A stretch of 64,000 nt of DNA from Camelus dromedarius (Eukaryota), in NCBI RefSeq assembly GCF_036321535.1, contig NC_087437.1, positions 71,054,001-71,118,000 of the forward strand, read 5' to 3'. Made by a program: the position numbers and the translations under genes. Under the pieces are notes generated by a model. It saw only the letters and a list, made by a program, of their open reading frames with translations. It was not told the origin of the DNA and did not search any database. Below, one piece after another: positions 37,030-50,365 of this stretch (positions within the stretch are counted from its first letter, which is position 1; the number at the start of each line of letters is the position of its first letter).

Positions 37030-37280
37030 TGAAAGCAGTTCTCTGAATCTATGGGACAGAAATCAGAACTGAGGTTATTTAGCAGGAAAACCTGATTGGG
37101 AGAGCAGGGGTTGATTGTGATGAGACACCAAGTGATGGAAATGTTTCTGGAGTGATGGAAATGTTCTACATCTTGATTGTATGTGGGTTATATGAGTATC
37201 TGCATTTGTTGAAACTGATCAAAGTGTACACTCAGTGTCTGCATTTTGCTGTGTATAAATTATACTTTCATTATAAAAAA
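37030..37280 (+). mobile_element. L1ME-type 3' end
   Basis: ttctggagtgatggaaatgttctacatcttgatt...gcattttgctgtgtataaattatac. Confidence 0.75.
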
Positions 37281-38153
37281 GCTATTTCTCCTATAGGAGG
37301 CCACAAAAGAGGCAGTTCTGATATTCCTCACCCTTAACCACCCTTTCTGGTACCAGCTGAAAAAAGGCAGCCTGGAAGTTCCATTGCCGGAGCTTCTCAC
37401 TACTACACAGAGTAGGGCATGGGGCTGAATCTATGGGGTTCATAACATTAGCAACATCTCCAGCATCACAGCCTCCTGCTGTGCCCCACTCTGTGCTGAG
37501 ATCACACTAATGACTTGGAATCCAAAGTCTGCATCTGAAGGCCGCTCACCAGTGTGACTTTGGGATAGTCCCTTCATCTCTCTGAGGCTCTGTCTCTTCA
37601 TCTTTAAAATTGAAGGTAATGAGCCCTGCCTATAATATTATTGGAGGAAACAAAAAATAATGTTTCATAAACTGGGAAGAGCCACAGGAATACAGATTAA
37701 CCACCTCTAAAAGACCGTCTCTATTTAGACACATGCTTAAAATAGACAAGCTCCTTGGTGTAGTGTTAAAATTTCAATTGGACAATCCACTATGAAAACC
37801 TCCATAAACAAGATATAACCAAATAATCATAAGCAGTGGTATGAATTTTACTCCACAGCACCCAGGTGTGAAATGTTATATCTCCTTATTTCTTTAATCA
37901 TAAAATCTATTCCAAGCTTCCACTGGCTTGAGAGGCAGGAAGTTCACTTCGAATCAGTTTGATCAACTCCAAGCATAGACAGTGCTATCTGACACCCTTA
38001 GATTAATCAGGTACTGTGGGACTGGAAAATGTAAGTTCTTTACTCTCTCTACTGCCATGCCTATGAAGGCGATGGGAGAGTAAGGCTTTACTGCAGTGCT
38101 GGATTCTCTTTACAGGGTGAGGAAATTAGATGTTAACACTTGTTAGTAATGGT

Positions 38154-38158
38154 ATGTG

Positions 38159-38193
<35 letters not shown>
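38154..38193. repeat. (TG)n microsatellite
   Basis: direct reading, one cg interruption. Confidence 0.9.
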
Positions 38194-38196
<3 letters not shown>

Positions 38197-38999
38197 AACA
38201 TAACGTACGTAAAGTTATATACACAGATCTGTAAACATAACATTAGCAACATCTCCTTGAGTATGTGAAGCCTCTCACTCATAAATCACAGTACAAACTG
38301 ATGGAGAAAGGTAGACTTCATAGATGCAACACATTTCAAGATGTCTGTACGGTTAGGAGGAAAAACACCCTCCTTAACCATAGACATACAGACTCTCTCA
38401 AATTGAATGAGATGAGCAGGTTCAAGAACATGATATAAACAAGTCTTGAAGTCACTTGAGTCGAGAGCTGCCTTCAGTTATTGGAATGGCTGCCAATGTG
38501 GGAGAAGAACAAGAACAACCCTAGGGCTGCCCCAGGGAGAGAACAAAGACCGATGGGTAGAAGTCACGGAAAACACAGAGACCCTAAAAGCAAAAAAAGA
38601 TATTTCCAACAAAAGTTATCCAACAATGGGATAGGCTCTTTCCAAGGGTGACAGAAATTCTTCAACACTGGAGAATTTCAAAGAGACTGTGATAAGATAA
38701 TACAGATGTTGGACCAGAAGTCTTCTACATTCGCTGCTAATTGTTTATCATTTTTACACTAGAGAAGAGACTTGAATTTGCCAGAGTCTCTTCTTGGAGT
38801 TATCAGGCATGCTGAAGAGTAAATTGCCCTGAGCAAGAGAAGCAAAGGCACAGAGGAGACTCACAACAGGCCAGGAGGGAGAAAGATTTAGATTCTACTG
38901 GATGGACCAGTGGTCCCATTCAAAGCGTGTCTGGCCATCCCAGGCACAGTTACCTTGAGAGGCTACTTGAGCCCAAGGTGAGGTTCTGTCAGTATCCAA

Positions 39000-39880
39000 A
39001 ATGAGATACCATTTCATATCTACTAAGATGCCTATTATTGGGGGGGGGAGGGGAACTGTGTTTTTATTTATTTTCCTTTATTTATTTATTTTCTTAATGG
39101 AGGTACTCAGGATTGAACCCAGGACCTCGTGCACACTAAGCATGCACTTTACCACTGCACTATACCCTCCCCCTCTCCCCTGCTACTATTTTTGAAAAAA
39201 GAAATAACAAGTACTGATAAAGATGTGAAGAAATTGGAACCTTCATACATTGCTGATGGCATATGAATGGTATAGCTGCTGTGGAAAAGAGTTTGTTCCT
39301 CAAAACGTTAAACATAGAATTACCATATGACCCAGCAATTCTACTCCTAGGTATAAACCCAAAGAATTGAAACAGGAACTGAAACAAATATTTGTATGTC
39401 AATGTTCATAACAGTATTATTCACAACAGCCAAAGGCAGAAACAACATAAGTGTCTATCAACAGCTGAAAGGATAAGCAAATTGTGGTATACACATACAA
39501 TGGAATATTATACAGCCATTAAAAGGAATGAAGTTCTGAAACATGCTACAACATAGATGAACCCTGAAAATATTATTTTAAGTGAAGTGAGCCAGATACA
39601 AAAGGACAAATGTTGTATGATTCCACTTACATGAAATATCTAGAATAGGTAAAACCATTGTGACAGAGAGTACATTAGAAGTTACCAGAGACTGGGAAAA
39701 GGGAGGAATGAGGAGGTATTGCTTAATGAATACAGAGTTTCTGTTTGAGATGATGAAAGGAAATACACAGTAGTGATGGCTGCGTAACATTGTGAGTGTA
39801 ATTAATGGCATTGAATCATACACTTAAAAATGATTAAAATGGCAAACTTTATGTTATGCACATTTTACCACAATTCTTTT
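39000..39880 (+). mobile_element. L1MB-type 3' end, interrupted by a SINE
   Basis: aatgagataccatttcata, catagaattaccatatgacccagcaattctactcctagg, aagtgaagtgagccagatacaaaaggacaaatgttgtatgattccac. Confidence 0.9.
39040..39181 (-). mobile_element. Vic-1-like camelid tRNA-derived SINE
   Basis: ggattgaacccaggacctcgtgcacactaagcatgcactttaccactgcactataccctcccc (antisense B and A boxes). Confidence 0.85.
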
Positions 39881-40277
39881 TTAAACCACTCAACAAACGG
39901 TACTCAACAAATGGTAATGTTAAATTCTCAACCATCAGCAGAGACTCGTACAGGAAACAGTTTGAATGCCTTGGAGTATAGCCCTGTCAGACTTGGGATA
40001 TGAAAAAGGTTGTGGAGAGGATGAGGGAGGTCAGATTTGCTTTCACCAACAGCTACTTCCTTGGTTGTCATTTCTAGGGCACTTATATTTTCCACAGATT
40101 CTTAGCTGTAACAATCTGAGAAAGAATTAGGGGAGACATTACCATATTCCCCTATGATACTTGGGGGGACAGACATCAGCTCATAGTCTCAGGTAAAACT
40201 CATGCAAAAGTCAAATTTGCCTTTGTTAGATCATCTTTCACCTCAGTTCCCCTCAGGCCTTTCCCAAGGCAATCTAG

Positions 40278-40530
40278 ACCAGTGGTTAAGGGCTCAGGGC
40301 TTGAATCCAAGCACCCTGTGGTTTGAATCCCAGCTCTGCAGTCCCTTGAGAAGATGACCATGAGCTGGTTACCCAATCTCTCTAAGGCTTCAGTTTCTTC
40401 CTCTATAAAATGAGGATAACAATGCCTAGGTCACAATGTATTGTAGATATAAATGCAATAATGCATATAAAGGATTTAGAAAGAGCCTGATAAATATCAA
40501 AGAGTGCAATTATTGGCAGCAAATATTATT
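40278..40530 (+). mobile_element. MIR SINE
   Basis: agtggttaagggctcaggg...tttgaatcccagctctgc...cagtttcttcctctataaaatgaggataac. Confidence 0.85.
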
Positions 40531-41120
40531 TGAGAGCACTATTACTTTCCTACCAAAGCTTATAAACATCTGTCTATGGAACTTTAAATGAAGGAAGAAT
40601 TATTCAACTTTAGTTTCCAGGTATCTGGTGAATAAAATAGACCATTTATTTCTTCATTCAAACATTTAATGGATAGTTGCTATGTGAATGCTATTGTACT
40701 AATATATGACCTTGCTTCATTCAACTGATGAAGTGGGGTAGAGAAAGGAGGTGTGAACTGGATAATAGCCATAACTGGAGTCACTGCAAGAATCAGATGA
40801 AGTTCCTCAAGCAATTAAAATCTTCCTGGTAGCTTCTTGTATCCAGGTCACCTTATGTTACAAATGTTTTTGAAAAGTCAGTATGACGGTGCCAGCATCT
40901 TTAAATTGAGCACAGTGCTTCCTGGATATGACTAATTATGAGGACCAAGTCTGTTCTAACCCTCCTTGGTAGGAAATAAGACTCAATTTGGTACTATTCA
41001 TGATGATTATTCAACAGCTGGACCAGGCAAAGGAACCCCTGTGTGTGTTCAAATTGTATAACACTCTAACAGACAGCTTTTCCTTTAAGAATAGAAAGAA
41101 ATAGCAAGAGAAAGCGACTA

Positions 41121-42427
41121 CAGATCTTTCTCAACTTATGATGGGGTTACATCCCAGTAAACTCATCAGAAGTTGAAAGTATACTAAGTTGAAAATGTCT
41201 TTAAATACACCTAACCTACCAAATATCAGAGCTTAACTCAGCTACCTTAAACATGCTCAGGAGACTTACATTGGCCTACAGTTAGACAAAATCATCTAAC
41301 ACAAAGCCTATTTTGTAATCAAGTGTTGACTATTTCATGTAATTTATTGAATACTGTTCCAAAAGTAAAACCAGAATGGTTGTATGGGTACAGATGGTTG
41401 CAGGTATATTGGTTGTTTATTCCCGTGATTGTGTGGCTGCCTGGGAGCTGCAGCTCAATGCCACTGCCCCAGCATCACCAGGGAGAATCTTCTTTTTGTT
41501 TTCAGTTGAAGTACAGTCAGTTAACAAGGTTGTGTCAATTTCTGATGTACAGCATAAAGTTTCAAGCATACATATACATACATATATGCATTTTCATATT
41601 CTTTTTCTTTATAGGTTACTACAAGATATTGAATATAGTTCCCTGTGCTATACAGAAGAAACTTGCTGTTTACCTATTTTATATATAGTAGTTAGTATCT
41701 GTAAATCTTGAACTCCCAATTTATCCCTTCCCACCCTCTTTCCCCTCTGGTAACCATAAGTTTGTTTTCTATGTCTGTGAGTCTGCTTCTGTTTTGTAAA
41801 TAAGTTCATTTGTGTCTTTTTTTTTTTTTTTTTTTTGATTCCACATATGAGTGATATTATATGGTATTTTTCTTTCTTTTTCTGGCTTACATCACTTAGA
41901 ATGATGATCTCCAGGATAAATGCTGGAGAGGGGTAGAGAAAAGGGAACCCTCCTACATGGTTGGTGGGAATGTACTTTGGTGCAGCCAGTTTGGAAAATA
42001 GTATAGAGATTCCTCAAAAAACTAAAAACAGACTGACCACATGATCTAGCAATCCCACTCCTGGGCATATATCCTGAGGGAACTCTAATTTGAAAAGATA
42101 CATGCACCCCAGTGTTCATAGCAGTACTGTTTACAATAGTTAAGACATGGAAACAACCTAAATGCCCATCAGCAGATGACTGGATAAAGAAGTTGTGCTA
42201 TATTTATACAATGGAATACTACTCAGCCATTAAAAGAATAAAAGAAAAGGAAAAAATAATGCCATTTGCAGCAACACGGATGCACCAGAGAGCATCTTAC
42301 CACACATCACTAGCCCGGGGAAAGATTAAAATGCAAAATTCCAAGTATAGTCCTTACTGAATAGCTTTCACACCATTATAAAGTCGAAAAATCTTAAGTC
42401 GAACCATTAGAAGTCAAAGACCATCCA
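41121..42427. mobile_element. Tigger4/Zombi-like Tc1-mariner element split by an L1 insertion
   Basis: ta|cagatctttctcaacttatgatggggttacatccc ... aagtcgaaccattagaagtcaaagaccatcca|ta; TA flanks; halves 41121-41491 and ~42283-42427. Confidence 0.85.
41492..42282 (-). mobile_element. Camelid-type L1 3' end with 5' inversion
   Basis: 41492-~41914 is antisense 3' UTR (gttccctgtgctatacag, gattccacatatgagtgata); ~41915-42286 is sense ORF2 C-terminus; TSD caccagggagaatctt (41476-41491) / caccagagagcatctt (42283-42298). Confidence 0.9.
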
Positions 42428-42684
42428 TAAAAGGAAACCTCATCAATGAACTTCAGAAAATTATTTCTTTGAAACAGGAAGAAATTTTTGAGGTATAAAA
42501 AAAGAAAAAACATTAAGAAGGTTAAATGATTGTGTGAGAGTTTTTTAAAATGTGCTTCTTAATGGGCATAAGTTTAAGTTTCTAGAACTAATACTTCATC
42601 AACTGTCTCTTAAGCATCTGAAGATACCAACCATTAAGATTAAACAGCAAGAGCAAAAATATTTTTTAATTTAAAAAAAGAGCA

Positions 42685-42830
42685 GGGGAAGGGTATAGCT
42701 CAAGTGGTAGAGCACATGCTTAGCATGCACAGAGTCCTGGGTCCAATCCCCAATACCGCCTCTAAAAATAAATAAATACATAAACCTAATTACCTCCACC
42801 CACCCCCACCAAAAAAAGAAAAAAAAAAAA
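42685..42830 (+). mobile_element. Vic-1-like camelid SINE
   Basis: ggggaagggtatagctcaagtggtagagcacatgcttagcatgcac...aaacctaattacctcc plus A tail; flanks aaaaaaagagca/aaaaaaagaaca. Confidence 0.9.
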
Positions 42831-43449
42831 AAGAACAAAAGTTGAAACTTTGAAAAAAATTAATAGGGACAGGCTCCTCTGAAAGGAAAAATAGCCTGTA
42901 AAAAAGAAAAATTAGTTTCAAGAGGGTACTCTAAATACATCACAGGAACATGATCAAATCTAGTAATTATAACAGGCCCAAAGAAACCACACATGAATAC
43001 GAAACATTAGTTGAGCCACTTCATTTTCCTGAACTACCTGAAATTTTGCTTCATTATTTCAAAAAGTGCTACTTTTTCATTTCCATCAATTGTTCTAATC
43101 ATACACTGTCATTTACTTCATATTTACAATGTGACTTTCTCATATGCACTCAGTTGTCTCTGAATTTCTAATTACATCTCTTTGTTGTTGCTGTTCTTAT
43201 TATATTTTTATTCATAGAGATATTTTTTCCTTCCTCTCATCAATAGCATACTTTCTACTTTCAAGTTCTTAACAATCAATTAATAATATATATGCCTCTC
43301 TTTAAAGACATTTTTCATGAATCTCCTGATGTGATACTATATTTTGGATTGTTTAATTTTAGGCCTGCTAATCAGTTGTTAAACCAGAAGATTTTTTAAT
43401 TTCATTCAGGAGTTATTTCCAATAGTTATTAACTCTCCATAATGCGAGT

Positions 43450-45750
43450 GGGGGAGAAATCAATCAAAAGCGACCCAGAACTGACACAGATATTAAATTT
43501 GGCAGATAAGGTCATTAAAGCCATTATTGCAACTGCATTCTTTATAATCAAAAAATTAAGTTGAGGTATGCAAAGGAAGAATAGCCAAATTGAATTTCTA
43601 GACATGAAAACTACAATTTGGGAGATGAAAAATTGATTGAATAGCATTAATGGCAGGTTAGACATCACAGAAGAAAATATTAGTGAACTTGATATAAAAA
43701 CGGGAATTATCAAAAATGAACCATAGAAAGAATTTTTAAATATATGTATGTTTATAGAAACATAGACAGAGAGCCAGAAAGAGAGAGACAGAGACAGAGA
43801 AACAAAGGGGAAGAGAAATAAAAGTCAGCCAGATTGGAAAAAATAAAACTGTCATTATTTTCAAATGACATGATTATCTATGTATAAAATCCAAAAGAAC
43901 CTACCCAAAAAAAACCCCACTGGAACCAATAAGTGCAAGTTTCTAGGATACAAGATCAAATGTAAAAAACAATGTACATTTCTATACATCACCAACAAAT
44001 AATAGGAAATTGAAATTATAAAACAATGTAATATACAATAGAATTAAGAATATTAAACCCTTAGAAATATATCTGAGAAAATAAATGAAAGACCTATACA
44101 CTAAAAACTATAAAATATTGCTGAGAAAAACTAAGAAAGACCTAAATAAATGAAGAAACATATCTTTGTTCACATGTGGAAAGATTCAACATTGATAGGG
44201 AGTTCCTAAATTGATCCATGGAATAAATGCAACTCCAGCTAAAACCCCTATGTAGTTTTGGGGAACAAGCTGATTTTAAAGTTTGCATGGAAATACAGAG
44301 TACCTGAAATAGCCAAACAACTTTAAGAAAGAAGGACAAAGCCAGAGAGGTCTGACACTACCTAATTTCGAAGCTTAGCTATAGTAATCAAGGGTGTGTA
44401 GTACTGGAATCATGATTGTTTTCATTGATAGACAAATATATCAATGGAATGAAAAACAGATCCCAGAAATACACCTGTACATACAGGGACACTCATTTTT
44501 GACAAAGGAACAAAGGTAACACAATGGAGAAAGAAAAGCCATTTCAACAAGTAATGGTAGGGGAAAATAGGCATCTTTATGTTAAAATATGAGCTTCAAT
44601 CCATGTCTTGTACTGTAAACAAAAACTAACCCAAAATATATCATAGACCTAAATATAAAACTTAATACTATGAAATCTCTAGAAAAAAAAAAAAACAAGA
44701 AAGTCTCTGACCTTGGGTTAGGCACAATTTCTTATATAAGACATCAAAACATAATACATTAAAAAGAAAGTATTGCTAAATTGGATTTCATCAAAATATT
44801 AAACTTTTGCCCTTCAAAACACACTATTAAAAGAATGAAAAGACAGATATAGACTGGAAAGAATATACTTGCAAAGTATATATCAGATAAGGAGCTTGTA
44901 TCGAGAATGCATAATGAACTCTCAAAACTCAATAATAAGAAAATAAATGTCCAACATAAAATGGGGGAAAGATTTGAACAGACACTTCACCAACACAAAA
45001 ATATATAGGTGGTAAATAAACACATAAAATATGCCCAACATCACTTTTCATTAGAGAAACACAAGTGAAAACCACAATGGAATATCACCTCTCATCTATC
45101 AGTAAGACTAAAATTTCAAAGGCTGGCCATGTAAGTGTCGATAAAGATGTGGAGGAACTGGAACTTTCATACACTGTTGGTGGGAATGTAAAATAGTACA
45201 AACACTTTGGAAAACAGTGTGGTACTCTTTTACATCTATTACATGGTCCAACCATTCCACTCTGAGGAATGTATCCAAGAGAAAAGAAGCACCCATCTAT
45301 ACAAAGATGTGTATGTGTATGTTCATGGCTTCTAATAACCAAAAACTGGATATGGATTAACAGCGGAATACTACTCAACATTAAAAAGAAATGAACTATT
45401 GATACAAACCACAACATGAATGGATATAAAACAAAATAACTATGCCAAGTGAAAGGTAAAAAAGAATACATGCTGTATGGTTCTGTTTAAATAAAAATTC
45501 TTCACAATGCAAACTATTTATATGAACAGAAAGCAGAGCAGTGGTTGCCTGGGGGAGGGGGTTGGACACAGAAAGGATAGTTGGGCAGGATTACAATGGG
45601 CACAGGAAACTTCTAGGGGTGATGAATATGTTGACTACCTTGATCATAGAGATGTTTTCAAGGGTATTCAACTTATGTTAAAACCATTCAAACTGCATAT
45701 TTTAAATATGGGCATTTCACCAATTATAGTCCAATTTAAAAAAAAAATCA
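43450..45750 (+). mobile_element. Old L1 (L1MC-type): ORF1 piece, ORF2 3' half and 3' UTR
   Basis: ataaaactgtcattattttcaaatgacatgattatctatg (FADD-like region), ttttgacaaaggaacaaagg, gatttgaacagacacttcacc, cagtggttgcctgggg. Confidence 0.85.
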
Positions 45751-47744
45751 GGGGTGATTATGAAGCATAGTTAGCATGAAAGACACTGCATTAGTCCTGC
45801 ATAATGGATACCGATGGCTCCACCAACGTGGCCACCCTGCTCAAACTGTGCTCTTGTTCCACAATGACATTCTAAAGGTTACAGCGGCAGTCTGGGCCAC
45901 AAAGGGAATGTTCCCTCCCTAATTTCGTAAACTTTTGTTTATACTGCCTAAGGCTGCACAGTTTTGAAGTTTTGTGGACATTTTCTTTAATCAGACCGCT
46001 AGATCTTTTTAAACTTACAATCCAGTCAATCATTGCCCCCAAAGCCTTAGTCCCATAAGTAATGTCAAGTCAGATCTCCCCATACTCTGCTTAGATCAAT
46101 TGGTATTTTACATGCGACCAAGATGTTTTATAATTTTAAACTGTTTGATAGTGTTATAAATGCTTTCTGTTTAACCCTTTTGAACCCTAATTGCACTGTC
46201 CAACATTGCAACATACTAGTTATGCCTCCTCACTTTGCACTAACTTCAAACCCCAAAGTGAAACTATCTAGATTTTCAACCACAAGGCCAATAACTTAAA
46301 AGTCACTTGATGTTTTAGTGTCTCTATTTGCCCATCTCTATTACCTCATGAGAAATAAAGACGGCTGTGGAACTTAGTTACTTTGCGTGGCTAACTTGTA
46401 TTTGAGGTATTTTCATGATGTTATACATTTTACTGACTGTGTGATTACAAACATTTAACACTGCCTCATGTTGACGTTCACACTTTTGCAGGGTTTGTCA
46501 TTGTCCTTGGACGTGTCTGGTGAGCCAACACAGTATCACTTGACATCCCTTGACTACATACTTGGCCTTCATTTTACAGAGATTTTGGAAAGTATCTCTC
46601 AGTTACTGCAAATAAGACAAAATAAAAATAAAACAAAGCAACTGCGTGAAATAATAGTCTCCTCCTAGAATTCATGGAGTCTTCCTTCAGAAAAGGTTTC
46701 ACTGCTATTTAGCAGCAGATTCATAAGCTCCTCCGTAGCCCCCCCATCTTCACCCACCCAACTTCCCTTCTTCCTGGTTCCCCACAAGGACCAATCGCTT
46801 GACAAGTCTCTGGCTCAACCTCAAGTGGTTACTTTTGAAAGAAAATCACTGATGAGCAGATTAGAGCTGACTGGAGATACCTGCCTGGGGGAATTTCCTA
46901 AGAACAGAGCAGACAGGCCTCCCCCAAGTCTTAGGAAAGTTGTTCCCTTTTCATTGTGGATGACTGCATGAAGCAGATTTTGCTCTGAACATTAGTGAAA
47001 AATGACTTGAAAGCAAGAGGAGACTTTGTTTTACTTAAGTGATTTCAAAGGGGAAAAAAAAAATCTTTGCAATAGGCTACAAGACTATGTCTGTCTTTCC
47101 TACGGAAGGAGGCAAGGTAGGAAGTGACTTTTCCCAGACAAGACAGCATGCCTGCCTTCAAAGGGACAGAAGAAAGCAGGTAGTAAGTCCAAGTTCATCA
47201 CACGGAAAGCTGACAACACGGTTGTGTTAGATCAGGAATGCTGGCCTTCTTTAGAGACATGAAGGGCAGAAAGCACAGTGGGTTCAGGGTTAGGGAATCC
47301 TGCCATGGCATGCCTTCTGACACAGATAAATGGGAGAACCACCAGTTGGATGGAAACTAAGGTGGACAAAAGTGACACTGGCTGTGTCATTTTGGGATAT
47401 CATTTAGGGCGTGCTATCTCGGGCAGCCAGGTGAACAGGGGTAGAAGCTAGTTGACACTTTGACCATATTTTATGAACCAAAAATCAGAACACACGATCT
47501 GACAGATAAGAATTTACTCATAGGATAGAATATTTTAAACTAAAACTGATCAGAAAACTCCAGAATGTGTGGTGACAAAAGAATAGAGCAACAAGACAAT
47601 CTAAGTTGTATCTACTCAGCGAACTCCACAAAAAAGCTAACTGAAACTGGCTCACACACTCCAACTCTTGTATGTGTTCATTTACACCCACAAAAAGACT
47701 GGAAAAAAATGAAATTTAAGATGCTTATTTTAAGATTTCCTTAG

Positions 47745-47886
47745 TAGGGAGAGTGTAGCTCAGTGGTAGAGCGCCCGCTTGGCATGCACAAGGTCCTGGG
47801 TTCAATCCCCAGCACCTCCATTAAAATGAATAAACCTAATTACCTCTCCCCCTCAAAAAATAAATAAATAAAAATGATTTTTAAAA
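47745..47886 (+). mobile_element. Vic-1-like camelid SINE
   Basis: gtgtagctcagtggtagagcg...ggtcctgggttcaatccccagcacctcca (A and B boxes), taaacctaattacctc, A-rich tail; flanks aagatttcctta/aatatttccttg. Confidence 0.9.
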
Positions 47887-48859
47887 AATATTTCCTTGCT
47901 AGACCTTGATATTGTATCCCTTTGTCTCTAATGTATGAAGGACTCCAAGGTTTAGGTACACATAAACCCCAGGAAGGGGAGGGGAGAGTGTTCGAGAAGA
48001 ATTCCAGTTAGGATACAAGTGCATTCCTCCCCAACCCCTCCCCACCCCACCTGTGCCCACCAAGCCATAAAGGCCCGCATACGCAGTAGGGATGCTCTGT
48101 GTCAGCAGAGCTTGAGAAGCAGAAGTCCAGTGCAGGCCCAGCTGACTCAAAATCCCCTCTGAGAGGCGCGGAGAGGGATTCTTCCCAGCTGGAGAAGCAT
48201 CCCTTCGTCAGCGAGGCCAGCCATTGTCCCTGACAGCCCACGGAAGTATTAACTGCCCGCCGTCCTCTTTACTTCTCTCCTCATGCCAGATATCCTGGTG
48301 CTGGCCACTGTCAGAAAGCTAGCACAGAACTTCTCAAACTATATGTATGAAAGTTCAGGGCTTTAAAAAATTTTTTTCCAATCCATACACTGTATTGGTG
48401 AAATGAAAAAAAAAGCATATAAGTCTAAACTTTAAATATTATGTTTAACACAGATAAAATTATTTTGTCAAATTATTATAAATGTTTCTTCTTGAGAGAA
48501 TGCTTACTCTCAGTTTCTGCACTGATCTTGTCTCAGACCAGTAACAAAGTGCACCTACTGGTCCTATTTGGTAAACCATGCTTTGCACCCTAGAGAATGT
48601 CATTTTGACAATTGGAATCGGTGGCTATAAATGTCAATAAGCAACCCTGGGTCTTGGGATTGAAAGCTCAATTAGTATCTGTCATAAAATAGTCACCCAA
48701 GAGAGGTGAGAACTGTATAAGCCACTGAAGGGGAGCCTAATCTCTAGTAGAAAACTGAGATTGAAACAGAGAGAAAAACAGGAAATCATGTACAGGTGGA
48801 GAGAGCAGATATGCAGGAGCTTGGAGAAAGGAATATATAGAAATTTATGACCTGCTTCA

Positions 48860-49463
48860 AAAATAAAAATAAGTTTAATCAAGACATTGAAAGACTGAAT
48901 ATACATTCAGACAATGGTCAGACCATATATAAAAATAGAACTTTGCCCTACCACCTGCAACAACCTGTCCAGGAAACCAACCCATCATTTCTAATAACTC
49001 TGGAAGCCATCTTGCTACAAATTAGACTTGCAGGAAGTCAGGCTGCTATCTCTAGAGACAATCCAGGAAGCATATGTAACAATCTTCAGAAAAATTGGCC
49101 AGGGTTTGATTAATAACTGATCATAATAACTAATCAATAATAACTTGATGAATTCCCTAATATTTGTCCCCACTTCCAACTTAGAACCAACCAGAGAAAG
49201 CCAAATATTCACCCCTAACGAATCACCCAGGGCGACCTGCTTCCCGGCAGCCCACTTAGAGCTTCCTCATGCCAACAGCTGCCAACCAGGGCATGCCGGA
49301 AGTCTTCCCTTTTTGTCACTAAAAAGCTGCCTGCCTTTGGGTGTCTGCCTAATTTTGAACCTCTACCAAAACACACATGGTAGTGGCTGATTCCCTTGAC
49401 ATAGCACGCTCTGAATGAACTGCCTTTGGTTTCTCACTTAGTTGGTCTTCATTTATTTCCACA
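48860..49463 (+). mobile_element. ERV1 LTR (MER34/MER39-like)
   Basis: cctgcaacaacctgtccaggaaaccaaccc, ccacttccaacttagaaccaaccagagaaagccaaatat, ends ggtcttcatttatttccaca. Confidence 0.7.
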
Positions 49464-49589
49464 ATATGCTTACTTTTGTTTGGAGACCTCAGTGCTGTTC
49501 ATGATAGATGACAGAGTTTCCATCAGCATTTCAGAGAAGCTTGCACATTCTTAATAACCAAGTCCAATTCCATCACTGTCTTGGCAGTT

Positions 49590-50365
49590 CGATTTCCCTC
49601 GTGCCCATATCCAGTCTATCCATAAGTCCTGTCAACTCTATATCCAATCTGTCTATATCTAACCAAAATGGATTTACCTCTCCCCCATCTCCAGCACCAC
49701 CAGTGGAGTCCGAGGAACCACCCACGTGCTCTGGATTGCCACAGTGGCCTCTTCACCCATCATTGCTTCTTCTCTTGCTCCTGCTGTGATCCATTCTCAT
49801 ACAGCAGCCAGAGAGATCTGCATATCAAATATATCATTTCTCAGCTTAAGGCTTCAAATGGCTTCCATCCCACTTAGAATAAAATCCAAACTCTGATACC
49901 ATCTGGCATGCTCCCTCTCCGGCCTCACCTTGTTCCACCCTCCTGTCATCCACTACACTCCAGTGACACTGGCCTTCTCAAATGTGCCAAACATGTTTCC
50001 ATCTCAGGGCCTCCGCACCAGCTGTTCCCTCTGCCAAGAATACCCTTCCCCCGACCTTTGCACAGCTGACTGCTTTTCTGTTGTTCAGATCTGAGCTTAG
50101 CCATCACCTTTTCAGAGAAGCAAGAAAAACACCTACTCTACCATAGTCACCCAATCACTGTCACATCATCCAACTCTACATCTCTGTGTAATGCTCACCA
50201 CTACCTGAGACTTTCTTTTGTTAGTTGGTTTCATTCTCTTTCTTCCTCTACCAGAGGAAGGATCTGTGTGTCATGATTATCCACTGTATCCTCAGGCCTA
50301 AAACAGATCTGGCATCAAATTGATGCTCAGGAAATATTTGTTGAACAAACAGAGAATGAATGAAA
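49590..50365 (+). mobile_element. L2 3' end
   Basis: aatggcttccatcccacttagaataaaatccaaactc, ctcagggcctccgcaccagctgttccctctgcc, tail aaatatttgttgaac...gaatgaatgaa. Confidence 0.85.

Noticed and set aside
47745..47820. tRNA-Ala-like gene (also at 39100, 42685, 54180)
   Set aside because: SINE tail, A-rich end and TSDs show these are tRNA-derived SINE copies, not tRNA genes.
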